Positions 52,875-63,389 of a stretch of 64,000 nt of DNA are shown in pieces. Both the position numbers and the translations under genes were made by a program. The notes under the pieces were generated by a model, which saw nothing but the letters and a program-made list of their open reading frames with translations, made no database searches and was not told the origin of the DNA. Position 1 is the first letter of the stretch. The number at the start of each line of letters is the position of its first letter. Source of the DNA: a virus; the IMG/VR virus record IMGVR_UViG_3300024999_000065, positions 1-64,000 of that record; one strand, given 5' to 3'.

Positions 52875-53025
52875 TATGGACAAAAAACCGCTGAAAGCGG
52901 AACATATACTTTTCCTGTCCATATTATACTAAATACTAACATAGAAGTCAATAGAATAATAAAATAAATATTAATAAATAATATACTTCATAAAATATAC
53001 CTAAAACTACAAATATAATTCACAT

Positions 53026-53868
53026 CTACAAACCAATCCTCAAATTATTAATTTTCTTCTTAATATTTTCTTTTCTTGCATGAGTATATTTGCCACTGGT
53101 TGAAATAGAGGAGTGCCCTAATTGATCTTGTAATTCAGGCAATGTTAATATACCTTGTTCTTGTGTAGACGTTGCCCAGTTATGGCGAAGTGAATGCACT
53201 CCAACCTTACAATTACCATAACTATTAAATATATAATTAATTGTACTTTTATCTAGTTTCTCACTTCTTTCAGATAAAAATATATATTGACTATTAGCAA
53301 ATTTATATTTTTCTCTAATTTTTAAATAATCTTTAATAACATTTATTGCAATATCATTTAATAATACAGTTCTTTCCTTATCACCTTTACCAATTAACTT
53401 CAATTCTCCTTTTTCTATATCTAAATTTCTCAATTTTAAATTTGTAATTTCTTCTCTCCTAATTCCTGTATGAGCAATAAGAAAAACAATAGCAATATTT
53501 CTATCTCTATGCAAACTATACTTATTACTAACCTTATCTAAAAAATCAGATACTTGTAATTCTGTTATATTTGTTGGATTTCCTTTACCTTGTATTTTAA
53601 TGAAATCTCGCTTTATAATTTTTATACTATCAATTAATCCTAACATTAATAAAAATTCATTAAACGATTTAATTGCAGATAACTTCCTATTAATAGAACT
53701 AGATGATAAACCACTAATATCATCTTTATATTTAATAATAGAATCTCTACTAATCTCATCATGTAATGTAAAGAAATGATTTAAGTCTGACACATATGAT
53801 GATATTGTATTATTTGATTTTGCTTGATTAATTAAATAATTTTTATATTGCTCAATTTTATTTTTCAT
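53026..53868 (-). CDS. tyrosine recombinase (XerC/D-like)
   Basis: GIRREE, GKGDKER, HSLRH, LGHSSISTSGKY. Confidence 0.85.
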   Translation of the reverse strand: MKNKIEQYKNYLINQAKSNNTISSYVSDLNHFFTLHDEISRDSIIKYKDDISGLSSSSINRKLSAIKSFNEFLLMLGLIDSIKIIKRDFIKIQGKGNPTNITELQVSDFLDKVSNKYSLHRDRNIAIVFLIAHTGIRREEITNLKLRNLDIEKGELKLIGKGDKERTVLLNDIAINVIKDYLKIREKYKFANSQYIFLSERSEKLDKSTINYIFNSYGNCKVGVHSLRHNWATSTQEQGILTLPELQDQLGHSSISTSGKYTHARKENIKKKINNLRIGL

Positions 53869-54143
53869 ATTATATACTCCTTTTGTAATTTATTTGTAAA
53901 ATAATTCTACCATAATAATATTATTGTTGTCAATATGAATATAAAAATAATTTTATAATATTTATTGCAAAAACATCACCTAAATATTACCTATCATAAA
54001 TCACATCCCACACAAATATACTCAAATATAAAGTTTAAGACGATTCTAAATAATATGCAACAGACCAATTTACTAACTATTGTTAAGACGATTTTTAAGA
54101 CCACTGAATTATCACATTTAATAAACAAAAAGGAGGATAGGAA

Positions 54144-54413
54144 ATGAGAATATCATTTAAATTAAACAGAGAATATGATACAGAATTAATCAAACAATTA
54201 GAAAAATATAAGGATAGAAATTTATCACAAGTTATTAGAAAGATATTAAGAGATAATCTAGTTAATAAGAATAATAAAGTTGAAGTTGAAGATGTATTTG
54301 CTGAAGATAAACCTGCATCCAATACGGATAATGTTGAAGTTAGGAAGATTAATAAGAAAACAGAGATTAATAAATCTAAATCAATTAAATGGAATAATCC
54401 AAAATTAAAATAA
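54144..54413 (+). CDS. ribbon-helix-helix-like regulator
   Basis: MRISFKLN...LIKQLE...NLSQVIRKILR pattern; TTAAGACGATT direct repeats upstream (54035, 54083). Confidence 0.5.
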   Translation: MRISFKLNREYDTELIKQLEKYKDRNLSQVIRKILRDNLVNKNNKVEVEDVFAEDKPASNTDNVEVRKINKKTEINKSKSIKWNNPKLK

Positions 54414-54435
54414 TAAAAATATAAGGAGGTATACC

Positions 54436-54723
54436 ATGTATAAATATATCTTCATCCTAATTTGTTTACTATACCCCACCCCTTGCTATGCAATGACAGT
54501 ATATGGTTTAATGCAAGAAACTGTTGGAGTAGGTAAACCAGGATTTGCTATATTATTAATAGTAGGTTTTGCTATTGCTGCTTTTATAGGAGAGCAAATA
54601 TGTAAAATAATAGGTAAGCAAAATTTTGCTGTATTGGTAGTAATAGTTGCTACATTTGCAGCCACACTTACAATGTTAAATTCAGGTTTAGAAATAGTGA
54701 ATAAATTATTAGCATATTTCTAG
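54436..54723 (+). CDS. small membrane protein (pilin/SpoIIIAC-like)
   Basis: signal-like N-terminus (PCYA-M) plus two hydrophobic helices. Confidence 0.55.
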   Translation: MYKYIFILICLLYPTPCYAMTVYGLMQETVGVGKPGFAILLIVGFAIAAFIGEQICKIIGKQNFAVLVVIVATFAATLTMLNSGLEIVNKLLAYF

Positions 54724-54733
54724 GAGTGATAAA

Positions 54734-55132
54734 ATGCTATTAATAATTCCAATATTAATATTTGTAATAACTTGTTTATGTCTACCTCAGTTAATGATAC
54801 AGACACTAATAGGAGTATTTGGATATGTGATTTGTAGAGCATTGAGTAAGAGGAATATGGCAAAAATGATAATTGTTATAACTATATTTTCTTGTTTGAG
54901 TATTATTATGGAAAAAGTATTACCTATAATTGAAGAGGAACAAAAGAAACAAAAATATGTAGAAGAAAAAATAGATTATATTAAGAAATATATTGATCCA
55001 ACTGCTAAATTATATACTCAAGAACAAGTAGATAAATATATTGATGATAAAATAAATGATGGTATGCCTGATAAATTAAAATTTATTAATCAGTATCCTA
55101 AAGTTAAATATGATAAAAATAAAGAGGAGTGA
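54734..55132 (+). CDS. membrane protein
   Basis: three N-terminal hydrophobic segments. Confidence 0.55.
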   Translation: MLLIIPILIFVITCLCLPQLMIQTLIGVFGYVICRALSKRNMAKMIIVITIFSCLSIIMEKVLPIIEEEQKKQKYVEEKIDYIKKYIDPTAKLYTQEQVDKYIDDKINDGMPDKLKFINQYPKVKYDKNKEE

Positions 55133-55821
55133 TTAATAAAATGATACAGAGTATATTTATCAATAAATGTATAGTAGGAATAATGGCATTGTTCGTTATG
55201 TTTGGTATGAATAATTTATTGTTTACTAAACATGGAGTGATAGATGCTAAAATTTATAGACATGAAAAAACTCAATATGGTAATAAATTTTATGGTGATT
55301 TGATTATTGGAGATAAAAAAATGCCAATCATAATAAATGTTGAGGAAGATACTAACAATAAAACATATAATTACAATGAAGATAAAACTTATGATGAAAA
55401 TAAGCAATATAATGAAAATAAACAACATAATATTAACAATAATATCAATAAAAAAGAGGAAATAATTAATAAAAATGAACAAAAAATAAATAATAATTCT
55501 AATATTAATAAGAAGGAAGATAAGCATAATGAAAATATTAAGATAACTGATGATAAGACACCTGGAAGTTTTACTGTAACAATTAAAAATGATAAAGGTG
55601 AAGAAAGAATTATATATCGTGATATGGGAAGTAGAGAAATGTCAGAGATAGATGGTAAATGTTTTGGGAAAATAATTGATGGAGTAATGGAGGATATAAG
55701 TAAAAGTAGAGATGGAAGTATACGAAAAGGTGTTATTGAGAAAATAAAAGGATTTAAGGATTATCTAAATAAACCAAAAGAAAGTAAATTGAATAAATGG
55801 GTAGATAAAATTAAGAAATAA
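55129..55821 (+). CDS. membrane-anchored low-complexity protein
   Basis: N-terminal TM segment, Asn-rich linker. Confidence 0.55.
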   Translation: MINKMIQSIFINKCIVGIMALFVMFGMNNLLFTKHGVIDAKIYRHEKTQYGNKFYGDLIIGDKKMPIIINVEEDTNNKTYNYNEDKTYDENKQYNENKQHNINNNINKKEEIINKNEQKINNNSNINKKEDKHNENIKITDDKTPGSFTVTIKNDKGEERIIYRDMGSREMSEIDGKCFGKIIDGVMEDISKSRDGSIRKGVIEKIKGFKDYLNKPKESKLNKWVDKIKK

Positions 55822-55894
55822 AAATATATTATAAGAGATAGTAGACAGTAAAATTGCTTATGGGATTATGTTTCACCCATAAGCAAAATAAAAA

Positions 55895-56983
55895 TTAATA
55901 ATTTATATTCATATTGTTATAATATTTTTCATAATTACCACTTTTTAAATTAGTACCTGCGTTTTCACCATATAATTCTATTGCTTTTTTGTCATATGCT
56001 TGTGCTGCATCTATTACATTATTAAAAGATCCTATGTATATACTCTTTTTATTATAATTTATATATGCTTCATATTTATTTCTATTATTTTTCCAATGTA
56101 CACCTGTGAATCCTGATTTATTTTTACGTGTTTTATTTTGGTCATTAAAACCTTCAGTAACAACTCTTAAATTAGATTTTCTATTATTTAGAGTATTTTG
56201 ATCTATATGGTCTACTACTAAATTATTTATTGGTTGACCTATTACAAACCAATATGCTCTAATATGACAATTGTTATTTGTAGTGGATAAATAACCCTTA
56301 TTATCTTGCCAATTATAACATTTTAATATATCTTTATATTCTTTATCAAAAATATAATTATTGTCAGAATTAGATGGAATAAGTATAATAAAATTATCTT
56401 TTTCTATAATAGTAGAATTTTTAAAATAATCTATTTGTAAATTATCTTTTCTATAATCAAAATAATTATTATTTTTAAATTTAATATAATATTTATTTCG
56501 TTCACTTTTGCATTTTAATAAAAAATTTGATAAAGTAGTATTTAGATTCCTAGTTTCTAGTAAATTACTTTTATATTTTATATGCCATGTAAATTTGCTA
56601 ATTTTATCATAATCTTCAATATCTAAAATATACTTATTATTATTTAATATTAAATATACTATAGTATTATCAGAATCATCAAAACAAAATATATTTCCTT
56701 TTTGATATTTATCAGTTATTAATAAATTATTTTTAGTAAGGTTAAATATATTATTATCTTTATATTTAATATATTTATATTTATCATTATGAATATTCAT
56801 TAAAAATCTATGTAGTAGTAAATTATTTATTCTTTCGACAATATATTTATTCTTTTCAAATACCCAACTAAAATTTTTAATCTTATCATAATCCTCCTTA
56901 TCTAATGTAAATTTAATATCTGGTTTATTAGTAGGATATAAGTACATTAAATTTCCTTCAAATTCTATCCTGTTCTTTTTCAA
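55895..56983 (-). CDS. HNH/AP2-domain homing endonuclease
   Basis: VDHIDQNTLNNRKSNLR; GFTGV...IGSF..AAQAYD..A..LYG; own promoter TTGACC-17-TATAAT (57050-57022). Confidence 0.75.
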   Translation of the reverse strand: MKKNRIEFEGNLMYLYPTNKPDIKFTLDKEDYDKIKNFSWVFEKNKYIVERINNLLLHRFLMNIHNDKYKYIKYKDNNIFNLTKNNLLITDKYQKGNIFCFDDSDNTIVYLILNNNKYILDIEDYDKISKFTWHIKYKSNLLETRNLNTTLSNFLLKCKSERNKYYIKFKNNNYFDYRKDNLQIDYFKNSTIIEKDNFIILIPSNSDNNYIFDKEYKDILKCYNWQDNKGYLSTTNNNCHIRAYWFVIGQPINNLVVDHIDQNTLNNRKSNLRVVTEGFNDQNKTRKNKSGFTGVHWKNNRNKYEAYINYNKKSIYIGSFNNVIDAAQAYDKKAIELYGENAGTNLKSGNYEKYYNNMNINY

Positions 56984-57095
56984 AATAAATCTCTCCTTTA
57001 AATTTTATTTGTTTTATGTGTATTATAGCATATTTAAATTATATGGTCAAGCATATATTTATATTAATATTCTATAAGAAGGGAGTAATTATATT

Positions 57096-58403
57096 ATGGT
57101 AGATAAGAATAAGATTAAAGAAAATTTTGCTAAGTATCTTCAACAATTATCATATAATCCTGTTAAAGTTAAGAAACCAGAAGATTTAAAAACTTCAATA
57201 AAGAAAATGATTAGAAATAGAAAAGGTAGAGAAATAGAAGCAGAGATAGAAAATGTATTCATACAAACTAATTGTTATAATTCCGAAGGTAAATATCCAT
57301 ACCATATAGCAACAAATAAAAAGAATGATAATTGCGTTCAAGTAATGTTTAAATTGCCATATGGATTAAATTATAAATCAATTATTGATAAGGTTAAATA
57401 TTTCTCTGATTCTATGACGGCACAAGTTAATATAGAAAATAGAAGAGGATTATTAATGATAGAAGTATTTAAAGGTATCATACCTGAAAAATATAGATAT
57501 AACTTTAATTATATTGAACATATGGATAAAATTATTCCTATCCCTATAGGTGTTAGTGTTAATGGTATGCCAATAATTGTTGACTTAGCTATAGTCCCAC
57601 ATATTATATTAGGAGGTGTAACAAGATCAGGTAAGAGTATTTTGCTTACAGGAATTTCTGATTCCCTAATGCAGAATCATAATGTTAAATTATTTATTAT
57701 TGATTTAGCAATGACTGATTTTGTACATTTAAAGGATTATTGTGTATTTGGATATAATTTAAATAATGCAGAGATTATATTAGAATATTTAATGCAAGAA
57801 TTAGAAAGAAGAAGATATTTACTTGTTGAAGGCAATTGTGTAAATCTTATTAAATACAATGAAAAATATCCTGATAATAAAATGAAATATTATGTGTTAA
57901 TTATTGATGAATTTGCTTTTACTTCTCCTAGAAAAAGTGATGATAAAGATACAAAAAAACGTAGACAAAGATTACAAAGTATTGTTACTGATTTAGGTAT
58001 GATGTCTGCTAAAACTGGAATACATTTAATTATAGCAATGCAAAGACCATCTAAAGAATTAATACCTATGGAAATAAAATCAAATTTTCCATGTGCTATA
58101 AGTTTTAAATGTGTTAATTTTGGAACATCTATGACAATATTAGGAAATACAGATGCTTATTATTTGCCTAATATTAAAGGTAGAATGATATTTCAATATG
58201 GATCTAGACAAATGGAATTACAGGCTATGTTATTAGAGCAAGAAGAAGCAATAGAAAGACTTAGGATGTATGATAAGATAGATGATAAATTTAATAATTA
58301 TAATAAAGCATCATACTTCCATAAAGGTGATGATATTTATGTTGGAGAACAATTTCAAATACAAGAACATGAACACCAGACAAAAAGGTTATTACCGAGA
58401 TAA
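57096..58403 (+). CDS. FtsK/SpoIIIE-family ATPase
   Basis: PHIILGGVTRSGKS, IIDEFA, GIHLIIAMQRP, A..L...KGR. Confidence 0.8.
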   Translation: MVDKNKIKENFAKYLQQLSYNPVKVKKPEDLKTSIKKMIRNRKGREIEAEIENVFIQTNCYNSEGKYPYHIATNKKNDNCVQVMFKLPYGLNYKSIIDKVKYFSDSMTAQVNIENRRGLLMIEVFKGIIPEKYRYNFNYIEHMDKIIPIPIGVSVNGMPIIVDLAIVPHIILGGVTRSGKSILLTGISDSLMQNHNVKLFIIDLAMTDFVHLKDYCVFGYNLNNAEIILEYLMQELERRRYLLVEGNCVNLIKYNEKYPDNKMKYYVLIIDEFAFTSPRKSDDKDTKKRRQRLQSIVTDLGMMSAKTGIHLIIAMQRPSKELIPMEIKSNFPCAISFKCVNFGTSMTILGNTDAYYLPNIKGRMIFQYGSRQMELQAMLLEQEEAIERLRMYDKIDDKFNNYNKASYFHKGDDIYVGEQFQIQEHEHQTKRLLPR

Positions 58404-59094
58404 GTGTATAGTAGAAGCAATTGAAATGTTTGAAGTATTATCTACAGAGCAAATATATTATTTGATTTTTACTAATATAAAGTTTGGAATTGTTAAGTGT
58501 AGAGAAAGATTAAGGGTACTTAAAGAAAAAGGTAAAATTAATTCAATTAGAGTAGATATTAATGAATGTAATTATTATTTTATAGATAAGAAATCTAAAT
58601 TTATGATTCATGATATTAATAGAAATTGGGGATATATTTATTTACTTTATCTGTATAAGTTTAAGGAATATTATAAATTTGTTGATATCAATAATGAATA
58701 TGTTTTTAAATATGGACAAAGAGCAGATGGTATAATTGGATTTAAAAATTATGTTACTAATGAATATAGATATGTGATAATTGAAAGTGATAGAGTGGAT
58801 AGTAGGAATAAATTCAATAAAATTAAAGAGTATATTGATATTTATAGAGAAGGTAGATATAAGAAAGAGTTTTGGTATAGTGAAGTTAAAAGATTTCCTC
58901 ATGTATTAATTGTTTGTGATAGTGAGAAGAAAAAAGTAAAAGTGTTAGAGATTGAGAAGAGAGATAATATTAAGTTTGTAGTAATTGATGAAAGTATAGG
59001 GAAGGAAGTTAAGTTAAGTTTAAAGTTTATTATAGTTACTGTAGATGAAATAAAAAAGGAGATTATTAACTATGGAAAAAGAATTAGTTATTAA
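58339..59094 (+). CDS. replication-relaxation family protein
   Basis: RD..I...LSTEQI...RL..L winged helix; H, RADG, IESD, K...Y; overlaps the FtsK gene. Confidence 0.6.
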   Translation: MLENNFKYKNMNTRQKGYYRDKCIVEAIEMFEVLSTEQIYYLIFTNIKFGIVKCRERLRVLKEKGKINSIRVDINECNYYFIDKKSKFMIHDINRNWGYIYLLYLYKFKEYYKFVDINNEYVFKYGQRADGIIGFKNYVTNEYRYVIIESDRVDSRNKFNKIKEYIDIYREGRYKKEFWYSEVKRFPHVLIVCDSEKKKVKVLEIEKRDNIKFVVIDESIGKEVKLSLKFIIVTVDEIKKEIINYGKRISY

Positions 59095-59224
59095 TTTAGA
59101 GGAAGTTGCAAAATATATTAGTAAGAAAGCATTAATACCATATTCAATTGTTTATAGAGTGTTAGAAGTAGAAACTGAATGGATGGAGGAAAACGTATTT
59201 ATAGAAGAAGAAATAGGTAATTGA
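59072..59224 (+). CDS. small hypothetical protein (MEKELVINLEEVAK..., 50 aa)
   Basis: AAGGAG SD; followed by terminator at about 59249-59277. Confidence 0.5.
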   Translation: MEKELVINLEEVAKYISKKALIPYSIVYRVLEVETEWMEENVFIEEEIGN

Positions 59225-59724
59225 ATATAATATTTGTAATATTATTTGAATCAATCAGAAATGGTTGATTTTTTTATGTGTTTATATAGTTTGTACATTA
59301 GGATATTAAAAAATTATAGATTACTACAATATAGATGAGAATATGAATTACAATATGAGTCAGAATATATATTAGAATACATATTGTAGAAAATATAAAT
59401 TACCTTGTCCAATACTATATAATTACTATAAAATTAAAAAAGACTAAGAAGTTAAAGGAACGAAAACTTCTTATGTGAGATAATTTTAAGTAAATTTTGG
59501 GTGGTAGGTGTAGTGGTGTGTGAGTGGTATGGTATGTGAAATTGTTTAAATTATGCCCCTTGGTTAATTGATTAATTGAATAATTTATTAGTTAATTATA
59601 TGGTTATTATATTAATAATTTAAAAATATTACAATGAATAAAATTTGAAATAGTGGATATGATATGGGTAAGATTATAATAGGCAAGATAATACAATTAG
59701 AAAAAGAAAAAGGAGAAATGTTAC

Positions 59725-60027
59725 ATGGAAAATAATATTACAGGTGAATTAAAGAATGAAAATGTTAAAACAAATAGTAATGTTAACGTAAATGTAAAGA
59801 ATATAATGTACATATCATCAATATTAAGTTTATCATTATTTAGTATAGCTGGTTTTAATATTGAAGATGTAGGTAATATGAGTGGTAGTAATATATTAGG
59901 AATAGGTGATTTATTTAAAAGTATTAGTTATATATGCTATGGATTTGGTGTTTTTAGTTTTAGTTTGTTATGGTATTTGGGTTATAATTATAGGGGTTCA
60001 TGGATGAATATATATTATGATAGGTAG
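59725..60027 (+). CDS. small membrane protein
   Basis: SD; two hydrophobic segments. Confidence 0.5.
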   Translation: MENNITGELKNENVKTNSNVNVNVKNIMYISSILSLSLFSIAGFNIEDVGNMSGSNILGIGDLFKSISYICYGFGVFSFSLLWYLGYNYRGSWMNIYYDR

Positions 60028-60198
60028 GGAATAGGGTAGATAATGTAAATAGATTTGATATGGTTTTTAATCCTCTTTATGAGAATTATTTTTTGTTAAA
60101 TATAATGGATATAAAATATTAAAATAATTATAGAAATATATATATTATGGGTAGATTAATTATATAGAAAAAAATAAACATATAAAGGAGAGATATAA

Positions 60199-60405
60199 AT
60201 GAAATGTTTAAAATGTGGTAATACTGATTTAAGTATATTGGTTAGAATGATAGTTGAATTTCCTATGGATGAGAATGGGAATATTTATATTAATGATTAT
60301 GAGGGATATGATGATTTATTAGGTAATGCTATGAGAGATGTTGAGAGTAAAGATAAAATGTATAGATGTTGGAAATGTGGATTAGAGTGGAGAATTGAAA
60401 AGTAG
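60199..60405 (+). CDS. small Zn-ribbon protein
   Basis: CLKC...CWKC; AAGGAG SD. Confidence 0.6.
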   Translation: MKCLKCGNTDLSILVRMIVEFPMDENGNIYINDYEGYDDLLGNAMRDVESKDKMYRCWKCGLEWRIEK

Positions 60406-60879
60406 GTTATAGAATATTATATTGTATAATATAAAAATTTACCAAAGGTGAAAAAACAATGAATCGCTATAAATCATTGTTAAATAAGCGTTTAAAGCAT
60501 ATAGCATGGACAAGTTGTATTATATTATATACACTTTATCCGATGGATGTTGACTAAAATGTTATGTGGTAAGGAATTGATGGTTATTTGGTTTAAGTTA
60601 AATTTGGTAAATTTTTAGGTTATTATTTAAAACAAAAATTATAAACAAAAATTAAAATAGTTTATATAGTTAAAAATCTAACCAACGTATCCAAATTAGG
60701 TTTAGTTATATTGGTTGGTTTTTGTAAAAGTGATATAAATGTAGTGTTGATAATGTTTATTAACGATAAATAAAATATAAAAATAAATATTGACAAGTAT
60801 ATTAATTAGTTGTATAATATCAACAGGCAGAAGTATGCCTAATAATAAAATAATAAAAAATATAAAGGAGGAAGGTTAT

Positions 60880-62610
60880 TTGCAAGATGAAATTATTATT
60901 AATGATGTAAAGATTCCAGTTATTAAAGAGAGTGAGGTGATATATTATCCAATTAGTTATATGGGAAGTAAGGTATTATTAAAAATATTAACAGGAAATC
61001 AATTAATTAAAAATGGATATGGTGAATATATAAAAGAATTGAATATTAATTATGGTGAAGATACTGGAGGATTACAAAATACATATTGCATATCTGAAAA
61101 TGGATTAAGGGTTATATTAAAGAATAGTAAGGTAGGAAGGTTGAAAGTTGAGCAGAAAAGAGCAATGAATAAAGTTTTAGAATATCTTGATATGGAAACG
61201 ATTATAGAAGATGAAAGATTTATAAAAACTATAAATATAAATAAAAATAAAATATTAGAGTATTCAGAATATACACAAGATTGTATTAATGATGTATTGC
61301 AAGAAGATACTAATATAATATGGCAAAAATGTGGTAAATGTAATAATTATTATCCTTACCATGTTAATTTTTTTGGAGAAAATCCACATGCAGGTCATGA
61401 ATACCCATTATATACTAATTGTAGAGATTGTAAATGGACAGAAGGTAGGAGTAGAGATTGGATTAGATTAAATGATAAATTATTATCTAGCATATATAGA
61501 ATATGTGGAATTGATACATATAGATTATATAAAAATAATAATATAATTGGAATATATAAAGATTGGATAGAAAAACAATATTATAATAAATTGCCTAAAA
61601 TAATAAACAATAAAGAAAGTTTATTAGTTATAATAAAGTATTTATATGAAATTGGAAAAATTACTGTAGATAATTTAATTATAAAAAATATTGCTAAAAA
61701 ATATAAATTATATTCATTAGAACAAAAAGTTAAATCTAATGAAATATATCAATATTTATTCAACGATGATCCAATTAATTATCCTTGGAAATATCCACAT
61801 TTTTTATTACCTCAAGATATGAAATTTAATCAATATAAAAAAATATTTAATAATTATATGGAGATTAATAATATAAAAATAGATAGTATATATGATTTTG
61901 ATTATTATAATATATGTAAAAAATGCAGATTAGTTAGTTATATGAATAGCGATTTGTTAGGATTTGTTATGAAATATTATGATAATAAATATTCTGCTTA
62001 TAAATTTAAAATTAAATCAGTTAATTATTGGAAAGATAAAAATAATAGAATACAAGCGTTAAAATATTTAATTGAAGAAGATATGAAAACACCAATTGAA
62101 AAAGTACCATTATATTTAACATTAACTACTATACGTAAAATACCAAATAATGATACATTATATCATTTATTAAGAAAATATTATAAAAGTAATCTATGGG
62201 AATGGGTAAATGAAGTTTATCCTAATAAATTTGTTGAAGAAGATTTTAATATTGGTGTTATTAGGAATGTATTTGATAGTGCAGAAGAACATACTATACA
62301 TGATATTTTATATGGTAAATTTAAAAATGTATTATATAATCAAAGAAATACAAAGAATACAATCAGAATATCAGGAATGGAACCAGATTGGTTTATATTT
62401 ACTGATAATGGGGTATGGGTAATTGAATATTTTGGGATAAGTATGAATAATAAAGATTATAACACAAGAGTTACATTTTATAAAAAGAAAACATTAAAGA
62501 AAATAGGTAAATATGAAGGTATGAAATGGTTAGGAAAAGTTTATATTTATCCTGAAGATTTAAAGGATAATTTTAAAGGATTAGAGGAAAAGTTAAAGTT
62601 AATTAGTTAG
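60880..62610 (+). CDS. endonuclease-like protein (helical repeats plus C-terminal PD-(D/E)xK domain)
   Basis: TTG start with AAGGAGG SD (the track start at 60790 is the -35 of TTGACA-17-TATAAT); DSAEE...PDW...IEYFG...K..K. Confidence 0.6.
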   Translation: MQDEIIINDVKIPVIKESEVIYYPISYMGSKVLLKILTGNQLIKNGYGEYIKELNINYGEDTGGLQNTYCISENGLRVILKNSKVGRLKVEQKRAMNKVLEYLDMETIIEDERFIKTININKNKILEYSEYTQDCINDVLQEDTNIIWQKCGKCNNYYPYHVNFFGENPHAGHEYPLYTNCRDCKWTEGRSRDWIRLNDKLLSSIYRICGIDTYRLYKNNNIIGIYKDWIEKQYYNKLPKIINNKESLLVIIKYLYEIGKITVDNLIIKNIAKKYKLYSLEQKVKSNEIYQYLFNDDPINYPWKYPHFLLPQDMKFNQYKKIFNNYMEINNIKIDSIYDFDYYNICKKCRLVSYMNSDLLGFVMKYYDNKYSAYKFKIKSVNYWKDKNNRIQALKYLIEEDMKTPIEKVPLYLTLTTIRKIPNNDTLYHLLRKYYKSNLWEWVNEVYPNKFVEEDFNIGVIRNVFDSAEEHTIHDILYGKFKNVLYNQRNTKNTIRISGMEPDWFIFTDNGVWVIEYFGISMNNKDYNTRVTFYKKKTLKKIGKYEGMKWLGKVYIYPEDLKDNFKGLEEKLKLIS

Positions 62611-63373
62611 ATAATTAGATGATTTAATTAATCGTACATATGAAATGACAATATTTATAATATAAAAATAATTATTTATAATCCATTGATATTACTTATT
62701 TTAGTAGTATTGATGGATTTGTTTTATTGTTAGAATAAGGTATAATTAATATAGTGTATATAATAATATAGTGGGTGATGGATAAATATTGTTTATGTTG
62801 TTTTATATAGAATTGATACGAATATAATACGATATAAAATAGGTTAGTCGCATCGTTATTTAAATTTGATGGGTGTTGGGAATTGATCTGGTGGCATATG
62901 ATAATGATAATCACTCTCAATTTGTAAACCATGCCCCGGTCTGCTCATCCATCTTTGAATAACTCTAAATATCTCTACATAATTAACCTTATGTGGTGAA
63001 TTGTTGGATAGAATTGGTAGTATTGGGAATAAATAGTGTATTTGAGTTGTTTGTTTTGCCGGTTGTGTATATGTATAAATGCTAGTAAAGTTATGAGCGG
63101 AACCATAATAAACTATTTTATCGTAGATTATTTTGAGGGTAAAAATAGTTAAAATAATGACACAAATAAACCTTAAATAAAGCCAAAATAAGCCTCTATA
63201 ATCTATCTATAGGTATAAATCCCTAGAACTATATTTACATTTGATGTCGTAGTCGTGAGGCTGTGTAGGATAAAATAAGGTAAGATAGATAAGGTAAGCT
63301 GGCTATAGTCGAACCGGAAACAATGAGAGGGTAATCTGTGAAGCTGTGAAACAAAATGATAAAATAAATATAT

Positions 63374-63389
63374 TGTTCCACGTGGAACA
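63374..63389. promoter_or_regulatory. parS: parS-like site TGTTCCACGTGGAACA
   Basis: perfect 16-bp palindrome, one base from the ParB/Spo0J consensus TGTTNCACGTGAAACA. Confidence 0.8.

Noticed and set aside
53026-53868. Prophage integrase with att site
   Set aside because: Short Xer-like protein without an evident arm-binding domain; no host-phage junction or att duplication visible
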